In this document: positions 21,570 through 32,288 of the stretch, in pieces
Layout: each line of letters begins with the position of its first letter
Position numbering within the stretch: the first letter of the stretch is position 1
Assembly: GCA_000442015.1 (NCBI GenBank)
Contig: KE560649.1
Coordinates: 1-35,818, forward strand
Direction: 5' to 3'
DNA length: 35,818 nucleotides
Source: Rozella allomycis CSF55
Taxonomy: Eukaryota
Notes under the pieces: model-generated
What the model was told of the DNA's origin: nothing
Databases searched by the model: none
What the model saw: only the letters and a program-made list of their open reading frames with translations
Translations under genes and position numbers: made by a program

Positions 21570-23041
21570 TCAATTTTTAATTTTATTTTTCTCTTTTGGA
21601 GTTTGAATGGCCTCTACAGCTTTCAATGCCGCGTCATCCAAATCTGTCGCTGAAGAAATATCTAATCCACTCTCATTCAAAATTGCATTTCCTTTTTCCA
21701 TATTAGTGCCTTTCATATTAAAATCTTTTCAATTACCAGAAAGTCTCACGATTAATGGCAGGTTTAATCCAATCTCTTTAACTGCATCAACAATTCCTTG
21801 CGCAATGACGTCACATTTCATTATCCCGCCAAAAATATTAACCAGAATAGCTTTCACATTTGAATCAGCTGAAATAATTTTGAACGCTTCTTTAACCTGC
21901 GCGGCTGTTGCACTACCTCCAACGTCAAGAAAGTTGGCAGGAGAGGCACCGTATAACTTTATAATGTCCATTGTAGCCATCGCCAATCCAGCGCCATTTA
22001 CAAGACATCCAATATTACCGTCGAGGCCAATGTAATTTAGATTGAATTTATTCGCTTCGACTTCACGTGGATCGCTTTCGGTTTCATCATTCATTTTGAA
22101 TATCTCTGATTGTCTAAACGCGGCATTATCATCAAATGTTATCTTTGCATCAAAGCAAACCACTTTTTAAAGTAAAATTTCATCTTTTACCTTTTCCCGT
22201 GTCAGTTTCACCAAATGGATTCACCTCCACTTGAGTGGCATCAACACTGACAAACAAGCTATACAGCCGTTTAATTTGATCTGCAGCCTATTATTATCTA
22301 CACATATTTATACTTTTTCAATATTATTTGTTTCGAATTCTAATACACTGGCAATTTTCATTGCTTGGTCATCAGTAATACCAACATTGATATCAATTGG
22401 TTCCTTTATCACCCAATTAGACACTTAATACCTTGAATATCTTTTCAGGGTTCTTTGCCGCCACTTGCTCAATATCCACTCCACCTACTGGACTTGCAAC
22501 AACGACAGGCCCTCCAGCGGTTCTATCTAGCACTATAGCAAAATACTTTTCTGAAGCAATATTCAAAGCTTGTGCAATCATAACCTTAACATCAATTTCA
22601 CACCCAGAACTTACCTTTTTGACAGGAACACCTTCCGCCGTAGTTTGATGCGTAATCAAATTATACCCAATCATTTTCTCAACCAGCCCTGGAATAGCAT
22701 TAATACTTTTAATACACCAACACTTTCTTACTCTCTCGTTAAATGAACACCGCTTTTCAGCCCTGAGGTGAATTGCCCTTTACCTCTTCCGCCAGCATGC
22801 ACCTGTGCTTTTATTACATACTCTTCAGCATCTACCACAACTACTTTAAACTCAAATTACCTATTTCTGATGCCTTTGGGATACAATCAATGGTGCTGTC
22901 GACGGTACGAAACTTTTGGATGGAGACACCGAAATTGCTCATTAATTGTTTGCTTTGGTATTCATGCAAATGAAGATTTCTAATGAAACTTTTAATTATT
23001 TGCGGCATGCGGTTTCGGAAAGATCGAGTGAATGTGTACAT
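21570..23041 (-). CDS. SUCLG2: Succinyl-CoA ligase beta subunit, mitochondrial (GDP-forming SUCLG2-like); multi-exon
   Basis: Arg-rich presequence, [70 protein letters not shown]. Nucleotide specificity is less certain than the family. Confidence 0.93.
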
Positions 23042-23309
23042 TATGTTCGGAATGTGGCGTAAACTTCTATAATCAATGAAGACTACAAAGACAATACAAT
23101 CGATAATTTAAATTTGTTGTATCGTTTATTTTAATATTTGGCATTTGAAATTTGAAAATGAGAAGGAGCTGTCAAATTCCTCATCATGGCATGTCAAATG
23201 CTCACAAGGAATTATAAGGCAAACTTGGCACTTGTAAAGTTAAATATTAAAAAATGAATCAGTAGATAAATTGATAAAAATGAATTTTGCACGATAATCT
23301 AAAAATGTA

Positions 23310-24905
23310 ATGGGACCAAGCCACGTAATGAACCCGTTATTGCTATTTACTTTGTTTCTTTCTCTTTGTATGGCTGGGCCAGCTACAGCCCCACCTTCTG
23401 GAGAAATAACTTTTGAAGCTCCACCACTCTCGTATAGGCTGTACTTTGAAGACAGGGTCGACAACATGGGCGTGAAAATATTCTTTGAACAGTGCAAAAA
23501 ATACAAAGAAAATGCTTCCATTTATTCAAAGTGCAAGGAAGCGTATCAAAAGTATGCTCAAAGAGCCTCTGAAGCTGAAAAGTTGGTCGTTGGATCTGAT
23601 GTGAAAGTTTATGTTGAGACGATGCTTGGATATTTCAAAGAATTGAGAGAAGATCTCATAAAAGTTGCTGAATTTATTAAAAAAGTTGATCAAGATACGG
23701 GAAATGAATTAGTAGAGATTCTAGGTATAGAATCAACAGTATCAGTTGAATCTGTAATAAAGTCTATGAAATTGAATGCAAAATATTTATTTGATATCGA
23801 GTTTGGAGTTGATGAGAATTCCAAGAGATTTAAATTTGAAAAAGTGGAATTTGTAGCAAGCATTGTAAAAGCGGGCAAAGAAATTCAAGAATTCTGTAAT
23901 GAACATAAAAAAGTTCTATTTCAAGAACATAAACAGCTTTATTTTAAATGCAGAGATGCTTTTGAGGGGTACATGTCTTCTAGTGAGCAAAACGAGAAAC
24001 TCAATAGTCCAGAAGCTTACATATCCGTAATGGCATTAAGACTTGAGAAGTTTGCTAAAGATCTCGTGGAGGTGACAGATAATTTGGTTAAAATAAATGG
24101 TTTTAAGCAGAAAGCCTTTGAACTACAAACATCGATAAAGGTAATTCTAGCCTTCACAGGATTTGATGAAGAGCAAATGCTAAAAGAATATAAGGCTATT
24201 TTAAATGGAGGTAAACCAAGAGAAGCTTCAAAAAATAAAAGAAAAGTTAAGATAACTGAAGATGATAAGATTCCTGGTGATATTGTTTTTAGCGCACCAT
24301 TTAAATCAATGAGATATTATTTTGAACAATCAGTGGATGCACAAGTCATGCTAACTGTCATCAACAAAGTTATGCAATATTGCAATTCAAACAAATTAGA
24401 AATGTTAAAAAAGAACAAGGGGATTTATATTGAGTGTAAAAAACCATTTGATGTTTACAATTCTAAAGCTGATTTAGCCGAGAGAACATATATTGCTCCC
24501 TTTATCAATCTTTACGTGGAGAATATGACTGAAGCAATGAAATTACTTGTTGAACAATTGAAGGATGCCACAGACCTGATCAGTGGACAATTTAATCTCG
24601 ATGGCATGAAACTAAAAGATGAATTAAAATTCATGCGCCAGAATTGCAAATTTGAAACATCTGTAATTATTGATCAAATGTATTGGGCTGGACTTCCAAA
24701 ACCAACACAAAATAAACCAACAACACCACAGCGGCTGCCCCTACCAGCGAATAACAATTTTAACAAACGCATTAGTCAAAATTCTAATCAACCTGATTCG
24801 GAAAACAAAAATAATATGTTAGTGATATTTGGACCAACCATTTTAGTTCTCCTTGTTATTGGTGGCGTTATCTATATGAAGAAGAAGAAAGGTCGAAAAT
24901 ATTAA
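23310..24905 (+). CDS. Orphan type I membrane protein with three helical Cys-pair repeats
   Basis: Intronless 531-aa ORF; signal peptide LLLFTLFLSLCMAG; three internal repeats; Pro/Asn/Gln stalk; TM MLVIFGPTILVLLVIGGVIYM; basic tail KKKKGRKY. Confidence 0.85.
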   Translation: MGPSHVMNPLLLFTLFLSLCMAGPATAPPSGEITFEAPPLSYRLYFEDRVDNMGVKIFFEQCKKYKENASIYSKCKEAYQKYAQRASEAEKLVVGSDVKVYVETMLGYFKELREDLIKVAEFIKKVDQDTGNELVEILGIESTVSVESVIKSMKLNAKYLFDIEFGVDENSKRFKFEKVEFVASIVKAGKEIQEFCNEHKKVLFQEHKQLYFKCRDAFEGYMSSSEQNEKLNSPEAYISVMALRLEKFAKDLVEVTDNLVKINGFKQKAFELQTSIKVILAFTGFDEEQMLKEYKAILNGGKPREASKNKRKVKITEDDKIPGDIVFSAPFKSMRYYFEQSVDAQVMLTVINKVMQYCNSNKLEMLKKNKGIYIECKKPFDVYNSKADLAERTYIAPFINLYVENMTEAMKLLVEQLKDATDLISGQFNLDGMKLKDELKFMRQNCKFETSVIIDQMYWAGLPKPTQNKPTTPQRLPLPANNNFNKRISQNSNQPDSENKNNMLVIFGPTILVLLVIGGVIYMKKKKGRKY

Positions 24906-25043
24906 CTTGCTCAATAAATTAATTTAAATTTTAGTCAAAATATTTATTTAATGACATTTGAAATAGTATGCAAAGACAGGATCGCGATAGAGTCACCCTC
25001 GTTGAATCGTCTATGTAGAATATTATGAAGTGAAATCAAAGTA

Positions 25044-26742
25044 TTATTTATTTAATTTTAATTCTTCAAGTTCTTTCAACAAAGATTTTTCAGTATCAAT
25101 TTTCGCTAGTTGGTTTAACTGCAATTTTGTTCCACTGTCTCTTTGTTTCTTAAGTTCTTCAATTTGAGAAATCTTTTTCATCAAACTTTTCATTTTCTTT
25201 TCTGTTTCAGAAAGAGGAGTACCATTCGACTGCGCATTCTTCGTAGCATTTTTAGCTTGATTGCCATTTTTATTTCTCAAATGAGGGGGTACGTAACCTT
25301 GATTAAACTAAACCAAAATGTATACCAGTTGATGCAGGTTTATTATTTGAAGCCGCGGGCTTTCGAATTAGTTGAATTTCTCTAAAGGATACCAAGTCTT
25401 TAGATGGTCTCCATTTAACTTGATTAACTTCTTTAAACTGTTCATGGATTAAAACAGCCCCGGAGTAATCAATAAACTTGAACCCATTGTCAACACGCAA
25501 TCTTGGAGCTAATGTCGCAGCTAATAAAACACTTCCATCAAGAGACCATGTAATTTCAGTTGCATTATTAGCATTGGTAGACGTAACCTTTTCCAATTTT
25601 TCTAAATTCCATATATCCAAATCTCCTGCCAGATTTCCAAATCCTCCCAGACAAAGCAAATTTCCTTGTGGATTGAATATTGCTGTATTTCGATGACTAG
25701 CACCGAAATCAAATACTTTGCGGCATTTATTGTCAAACATTACAGCTTTAGCTGGCATATCTACATTTTAGAATCTTAATTTTAGTACATCCATAGACAA
25801 CAACAAAGTCTTTAGCATTTGGACTCCATGAAACATCATAAATGGGACCTTCCTTATCTAAACCAATTCTTGCATCGAAACCACCGCGAGATGAGAGAAT
25901 GTATAGATTGGTCTCTCCGTAGTATGATTTTCCAGTTTGATCAACCTCAGTATGAGTTAGAGCAAGTAATGACACTCCGTTTGCACTCCAATGAAAATCA
26001 ATTCTGTCAGCTTTAAAAAATGACTTTTGTGCGATTGGGACAGAAAAGTTTGGAAGTTGATACAATCGAATCATCGCTGGAGATCCCTAATTGGAAGATC
26101 AAATGAAACATACCTTGATCTCCGGAAGAAAAGTTGCAACCATGTATGGATTGCAAGATGGGGAAAAAGAATAGGCAGCCAACCCTTCAATTTTAATCTT
26201 TAACGAACATTGCACTTGAGCTTGACCCTGAGGTTGAAAGAAATGGATCTCATTGGTAACCAATCGTCCAAAGTAAGCTTCATCTCTTGTCCACTGAACC
26301 TTCCATGACTTCATATTTTTTTGTTGCCACGAGTAGATTATCTCGCCAGATCTTACGTGAATTATTTTAACATTTTTGGTTTCCTGGTCTTCGACACTTT
26401 AAATATATCGAATTACTAAATTTCTCGTAAATGGACAAAAAGTTTCCATTCGGTGACAATTCAAAATCTTGGACGTCTCCAGGAAAACTGAGAATAATAT
26501 TAAAGTTTTCCGCATCTAAAACTTTAATCAGGTCACTTGTGGAATAAGCTAACAAAGAACCATCTGTGGAATAGCAAGATAACCTGATCTTCCCGTCAAC
26601 TCTATTTTCACACAAGAATGTTCATACTTGAAAAGCTGCTTGGTGGAGTCCTTGTCAGCAGAAAATTCTTTGACTACAAGAGACTCTGGTGAACGGTCTA
26701 AAATTTAAAATAGATAAATATTTTACAAAGAAAAGCAGACAT
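25044..26742 (-). CDS. EIF2A: Translation initiation factor eIF2A; multi-exon
   Basis: KSFFKAD, TEVDQTGKSYYGETNLY, LDKEGPIYDVSWSP, GGFGNLAG, APRLRVDNG, YVPPHLR, C-terminal LQLNQLAKI. Confidence 0.96.
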
Positions 26743-26889
26743 TTGCTCAGCCACGATGGATTACTGCATTGATGAGGGAATATGTACACAATACCGGTAT
26801 AATGCATAAGATTAAGAATATAAATTTAAATTTAATTCTTCATGTTGTAACAAGTTTATTGAGGACTTAGAAATTTCAGCCACACATAG

Positions 26890-28728
26890 ATGCCAAGAAA
26901 GATACCCTATAGTGGTAAAAAGAAAAAGGAATATTTGATACAAAAACGAAAAGAAAAGAGCGAGATTAATAATTCTGGAGATGAAGACAATGAAAATGTT
27001 TGTCACACCTCAGGATTGAAGAACTTTAAGCCTGTTGTTTTTGTGTCAGACAATCCTTCACCGCAAAAGTAAATGTGGAATTGCAAGATATTAGTCTGAC
27101 ATCTGCGTTTCAAAGGTTAAGTGCTTCTGAAATCGAAGAGCGAAAACAAAGAGCTATGGAACCATACATGGAATTGGGACCAGAAGCATTGGAGATAGAA
27201 CCGAAAGATATATATCCAGAGGTTATTGATATACCTAAACGGCCATATTGGAATTATGAAATGACCAAGGAGCAAGTGGAGACCAACGAAGAGAAAATGT
27301 TTCATGAGTGGCTGGAAAAAGTTGGACATGAAAAGAAAGAATTATCTTTTTATGAAAGGAACTTGGAAGTATGGCGCCAGCTTTGGAGAGTGATTGAAAT
27401 GAGCGATGTGATTTTATTCATTGTCGACATTAGACATCCCATCCTGCATTTTCCACCATCTTTGTATAACAACATTGTAAACGAACATGAAAAAGAGATC
27501 ATCGTTGTTTTTAGCAAAGTATCGAAATGAATTGCAACTCAAATTAGATAGATTTGGTTAGTCCTCAGACTGTTTTTGCATGGAAAGAATACTTTAAAGA
27601 AACGTTTCCAAAAGTAATGACTGTAACTTTTTCAATATTTTCTTGTGATAAATTAACAGTTTCAGATACAAACCCATGTAAGTTAAATGCGACTTATAGA
27701 TTATAGTTTTTCTTCAGCAGAAAACCAAACGTCAAAAGAAAAGGTATTATAAAGCCGTTGGTGTGAAGCCAATATTTAAAGCATGCAAAAGTTTAAATAT
27801 AAGGAAAAATTCAGTAGAAGTTAATTGGGATGAATTAATTGAAAAATATTCCCATTCCTTTCAAAATATATTTGAAGAAGAGAATGAAATTGAAGATTTG
27901 AACATTGAAATGATCAAAGCGGAACATCCAATTACTTTAAAAGATCAAAATAATGCTTTGAAGGACTTAATTACAATTGGACTTGTAGGTAAACATATCT
28001 GTGATATGTAAAAGGACATCCTAACGTTGGGAAATCATCATTAATTAATGCAATAGTGGGTAAAAAGGTTGTGAGTGCGTCGAGAACCCCTGGCCATACA
28101 AAACATTTTCAGACCATCCATCTTTCTCAAAATGTCCGTTTATGTGATTGTCCAGGAATTGTCTTTCCTGCTTTAATTTCTAAACCATTGCAAGTAATTT
28201 CATTAAGTATTCAAAATTGATTCTTTGCGGAATGTTCAATATTGCTCAAGTTCAAGAGCCTTATTCATCGGTTCAATACTTGGCTGAAAGATTACCTCTA
28301 GTGAAAATACTCAAATTAGATCATCCTGATCAATTAGATCCAAATTTCAAATGGTCAGCTTATGCAATATGTGAAGGTAATTCACATTAATATGTTCTAA
28401 AAGCGTTTGCGTTATCTAAAGGATTTTTCACAGCTAGAGCTTCGAGACCGGATGTTTATAGAGCCGCTAATATGATATTAAGATGGACCTCTGAAGGCCG
28501 CCTTTTGCTTTCATTCAAACCAAAAGGCTATTCTAGCGATAAATACACCCATATTAAGATTAATCAATCAGAAAAATACGATTCTGAAGAATCTGAGAGT
28601 GTAACTGAGTCTGATGGCATTGAAGACTATCAATGTAAAAGATGTTTGTTAATGTCAAAATAGTCGCTGATAATAACAATAAATCTTTTGGTTTTGAAGT
28701 ATTGTCTACAAACGACGATGAAAAATAA
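26890..28728 (+). CDS. GNL1: Circularly permuted GTPase GNL1 (Lsg1 family); multi-exon
   Basis: MPRKIPYSGKKKK N-terminus, FYERNLEVWRQLWRVIEMSD, DIRHPILHFPPSLY, GHPNVGKSSLIN, VSASRTPGHTKHFQT, DCPG, RPDVYRAAN. Confidence 0.92.
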
Positions 28729-28759
28729 TCAATAAAGCAGGTTTTATAATCATTAACAT

Positions 28760-30304
28760 TTATTCACGTCTCTTTGGTAATACATAAAAGTCTTTGGCGA
28801 TGGTAGTGAAATGCGTCAACTCTGTTGTAGGCGGGTATGATGGAGGTAATGGAAAAGGTTTAATATCATAATCTGAAATAACAACGGCAATCATCAATGT
28901 CAATTCAAGCATAGCTAAATGCCTCCCTGGGCAAATCCTTGTTCCACCTCCGAATCCCATAAAACTATTCATCTGTTTCTTATGAATATCTTCGTCATCA
29001 ATATTCCATCGTTCTGGATTAAATTCAAATGCATTTTCAGTTGGACATGCTCTCAAAGAAGCTACACGAGTAAGCAATGCAATATCTGTTCCCGCTGGAA
29101 TATGATGTCCATGCAAAACCTCGTCCTCAATATTAGACGCTTGAAAAAATGGTGCTACGCTCTTCAATCTCATAGTTTCTTTGATAACATTCGTAATGTA
29201 CGGAAATTCTTCTTGCTTTAAATCTGAAATCTTCTCTTCGGTTAATGATGATCTATCACCGAGAACTAAATCAGCTTCTTCCTGAATCTTTCTTTGCACT
29301 TCAGGATATTTGATTAAGAAATAGAGAATCCACATCAGTGTTGACGAAGTAGTTTCGTACCCTGCGATCATCACTTGCATAATATTTCCCTTCATTTGCT
29401 CAATCGTCATTTTGGGAACTTTAGAATCGAAATTGGCTTCTCTTTGAGTTTGTAATAATGATTCCATTAATGTCCTGTTAAGCACATTCTTATCTCCCTT
29501 TTTCTCGACATATGACTTTATCACCACATCAATAATTGAATATATTCTTTTGATAATTTTTTCAACTTTTCTATCCTCCTTTGTTTTGTAAAACATCCAT
29601 AAAGGAAAACCTCCAAATAAGCGATCGCCTGTCACTTTAAATACTAATCCCATTTCATTCAATAATGAAGGCGGCAAAAGATCTTCTTGACCATAAGCAA
29701 AAGCACTCTCAATAATTATCTTTAATGCTGCATTCTGAAACAAAGGACATGGATCATGTAGTCTTTTCTCATTGAAGTCGGCCTTTTTGATAAGAAACTG
29801 ATCAACTATTTCGTTAGCATTTTTAGTAAAATCTGAAAACTCGTGCTTCAATGCACAAATATGTTTTGCGAAAATATTGTTCATAGAAGCCAGCCGGTTC
29901 GGGGCAAAAGATGGTGTAACTAGCTGTCTTGCATCCTTCCATTCGCTTCCTTCGTTCGAAAACACACCCATTGTGTGCAATCCTTCAAACACTTGTGGAA
30001 CTTTATCGCCACGTGTATACTTTTGCGGTCGATTCTTTAATATATATTGTACGACTTCCATATCAGAGATTATAAGTGTTTCTTGACCAAATAGTTTAAT
30101 TTTATACATTGGTCCATACCCCCACGCCCAAGATTCAAGTTTCTGGCTAAAGTTTTCAGGATTTATTTCAAAGGCTACACCAAAAAATGGAAGCCCCTTT
30201 GGACCGGGGATTTCTGCCGGCAGGCGTCTCTTATAAAAGAACCTGAAGAAAATGAATGCGTATATTGCGGATGCGGCTATTGCTGTTAATATAATGACGG
30301 CCAT
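28760..30304 (-). CDS. Cytochrome P450, ER-anchored, intronless
   Basis: N-terminal TM, PGPKGLP hinge, AGYETT, ETMR, PERW, FGGGTRICPG. Confidence 0.97.
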   Translation of the reverse strand: MAVIILTAIAASAIYAFIFFRFFYKRRLPAEIPGPKGLPFFGVAFEINPENFSQKLESWAWGYGPMYKIKLFGQETLIISDMEVVQYILKNRPQKYTRGDKVPQVFEGLHTMGVFSNEGSEWKDARQLVTPSFAPNRLASMNNIFAKHICALKHEFSDFTKNANEIVDQFLIKKADFNEKRLHDPCPLFQNAALKIIIESAFAYGQEDLLPPSLLNEMGLVFKVTGDRLFGGFPLWMFYKTKEDRKVEKIIKRIYSIIDVVIKSYVEKKGDKNVLNRTLMESLLQTQREANFDSKVPKMTIEQMKGNIMQVMIAGYETTSSTLMWILYFLIKYPEVQRKIQEEADLVLGDRSSLTEEKISDLKQEEFPYITNVIKETMRLKSVAPFFQASNIEDEVLHGHHIPAGTDIALLTRVASLRACPTENAFEFNPERWNIDDEDIHKKQMNSFMGFGGGTRICPGRHLAMLELTLMIAVVISDYDIKPFPLPPSYPPTTELTHFTTIAKDFYVLPKRRE

Positions 30305-30367
30305 GGGTATGTATCTAACGCGAGGAAAACCTTAATGCGTCGGAGACTTTAAGATAAGATTTCTAGA

Positions 30368-30392
30368 CAAGTCATTAGATCTTAATGACTTG
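30368..30392. promoter_or_regulatory. Perfect 10-bp inverted repeat upstream of the P450
   Basis: CAAGTCATTA-gatct-TAATGACTTG; regulatory role inferred from position only. Confidence 0.35.
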
Positions 30393-30771
30393 ATGATCAA
30401 TTTTTTTTGTTTTAATAGTATTTTTATACTTTAATAGGAAAGGGAAAACATTTTTCAAAATCAACTTGACGTTGAAACAATCCCTCCTCCCAGAAGTATA
30501 TAGAATTTAGCTACATGTAATCCTAAATCTTAAATTACCAACATTCTGTTCTTTGTCATTTTATGTGTGTTCGATAAATTTGAAGATTCCACTGTAGTCG
30601 TATTAGTGTTTAAATTTGAATGAGTATTATCCATCAAGATCTCATGATTATGATGATAGTTAAAGGATTATAAAAATGCTTATTTCACTTGACAGATTAT
30701 CCATCTGGCTTACAAAAGAAACTTCTAAGCGAGAGTCAGACAATCGGTATTGGCCTTAATTACGCGGAAGC

Positions 30772-30956
30772 GGGGAGAAATTAGAAATGGGGAAACGTCA
30801 CCCACATTTTGAACATTAAGATAACAAACCAAAAGAGAGTGACACATGAAGCACTTGATATGTTACTTTTCATATCACTGTCATTTTGATTGGATATCTT
30901 GATGTTTAAAATGTGGGTGACGTAGTATGACATTCCCCCATTTCTAATTTCTTTCT
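30772..30956. repeat. Long imperfect inverted repeat (~75-85-nt arms, ~18-nt loop); hairpin RNA or MITE-like
   Basis: AGAAATTAGAAATGGGG and ACGTCACCCACATTTT on the left arm have exact reverse complements on the right arm; imperfect pairing continues to the loop. Confidence 0.9.
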
Positions 30957-31205
30957 TAATGTCGATCAGAGAATGACAGAGATAATACTGTTTTCCCCAT
31001 GGTTGAAATTCACGACCAGTAACTGCGCAATATCCTCGCATTTACAATTTAAAACTCTTTGACTCTCAAGACTGTAAGATTTAATGTATGCTTTGAATTG
31101 CTTACACCTTATTGTTATTAAAAGGTGAACTTCAAAGGTCATTTTAGCACCACTCAACATGCTGATTTAGTCTTTCATTAAATGTGGAACCCTGGCCATT
31201 TTGAA

Positions 31206-31828
31206 ATGTGGGTTCGAAAGTACTTAAATTTTGAGAGTCAACTGCTATTCTATTCACAATATCATCACCAAAAAGTGTAACACTTGAATTCAATTATAAT
31301 TAGCAACAAAATTATACATATCATATGTATACCAACCATTATGTTCACGGTAATGATAGCAATGAGCGCCTACATTCCAAAATATAACTTTCAAAATATC
31401 ATAGACATACAATTTACGTATGTTATGACTTCAATTTATGTTATTTACTATCTACTCTTGGAGCCAGTAGCCGGGGTAAATTATAGTGTAGCATAATAAA
31501 GGCATTATATGCGCCAATTCTATTACTAATGACTCATTATGCAGAGAAACTTGCTCTTGACGGAGTAGATATGAAATGGGTTCTTATTGTCCATGTCGCA
31601 GCATGGATATTGCAATTCGTAGGTCACGGGGTGTTCGAAAAGCGAGCACCAGCATTATTGGATTCACTATTCCAAGCGTTCCTTTTGGCTCCATTTTTTG
31701 TATTCATGGAAGTTCTTTTCGCAATGGGCTACCGACCAGTGCTCCGCACTAAAATGGAGGAATTGACGGTACAAGCTATCAAAGATTATCGGAACCAAAA
31801 AGCGAAAAAACAAAATGCCAAGAAATAA
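31206..31828 (+). CDS. MPO1: Mpo1/DUF962 family 2-hydroxy fatty acid dioxygenase-like membrane protein; 3 exons
   Basis: QLLFYSQYHHQKVNKIIHIICIPTI, WILQFVGHGVFEKRAPALLDSLFQAFLLAPFFVFME. Confidence 0.9.
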
Positions 31829-31855
31829 ATATGTGCATTGTCAATTTTATTAAAA

Positions 31856-32288
31856 TTAGATAGAGGAAGGATACATCATCTAATATTAACTTGGAAATAA
31901 AGCTAGTTACCACTCTAGCAGATGCACCAAAGGTCTTTGCTGGCAAGTTCTTTTTGAATTGAGCTCTAACAGCACCGGTGTTTCCATGAGAGCGGGTGAT
32001 TTTTCCCCAGATGCAGCGAATATGGGATCCGTTTTTTTCTCTGCGAGCACGGTAGACGTAAGCGACGCGCTTTCCGAGATAAAATGCAGTGTCTTCTTTT
32101 GTTTGGACATTTTCGATTTCAAGAAGAGTGGTGTTGGCATCTGTGCTGCGTTTGCCACGTTTGAATCCGAGGATACGAGCCTTGCAGTATAAACTAGAGT
32201 TAGAGGATTGCTTGCGAGTTGAATTTTATAGTATTTTTTTAAAGAATCATTGATTTTGAATTTTGGCTTACCGGATAGGTTGAGTCAT
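31856..32288 (-). CDS. RPL35A: 60S ribosomal protein eL33 (L35a/L33); 3 exons
   Basis: Manual translation MTQPIR/LYCKARILGFKRGKR..FYLGKRVAYVY..IWGKITRSHGNTGAVRAQFKKNLP..RV/MMYPSSI. The true frame is not in the ORF track. Confidence 0.96.

Noticed and set aside
30640..30740. Box C-like ATGATGA suggesting a C/D snoRNA
   Set aside because: No suitably placed CTGA box D or terminal stem found.
30781..31160. Minus-strand ORFs of 86 and 64 aa
   Set aside because: No recognisable homology; the longer one overlaps the inverted repeat and both are likely incidental.
32194..32271. Intronic snoRNA in the long RPL35A intron
   Set aside because: No intact box C/D or H/ACA structure visible.
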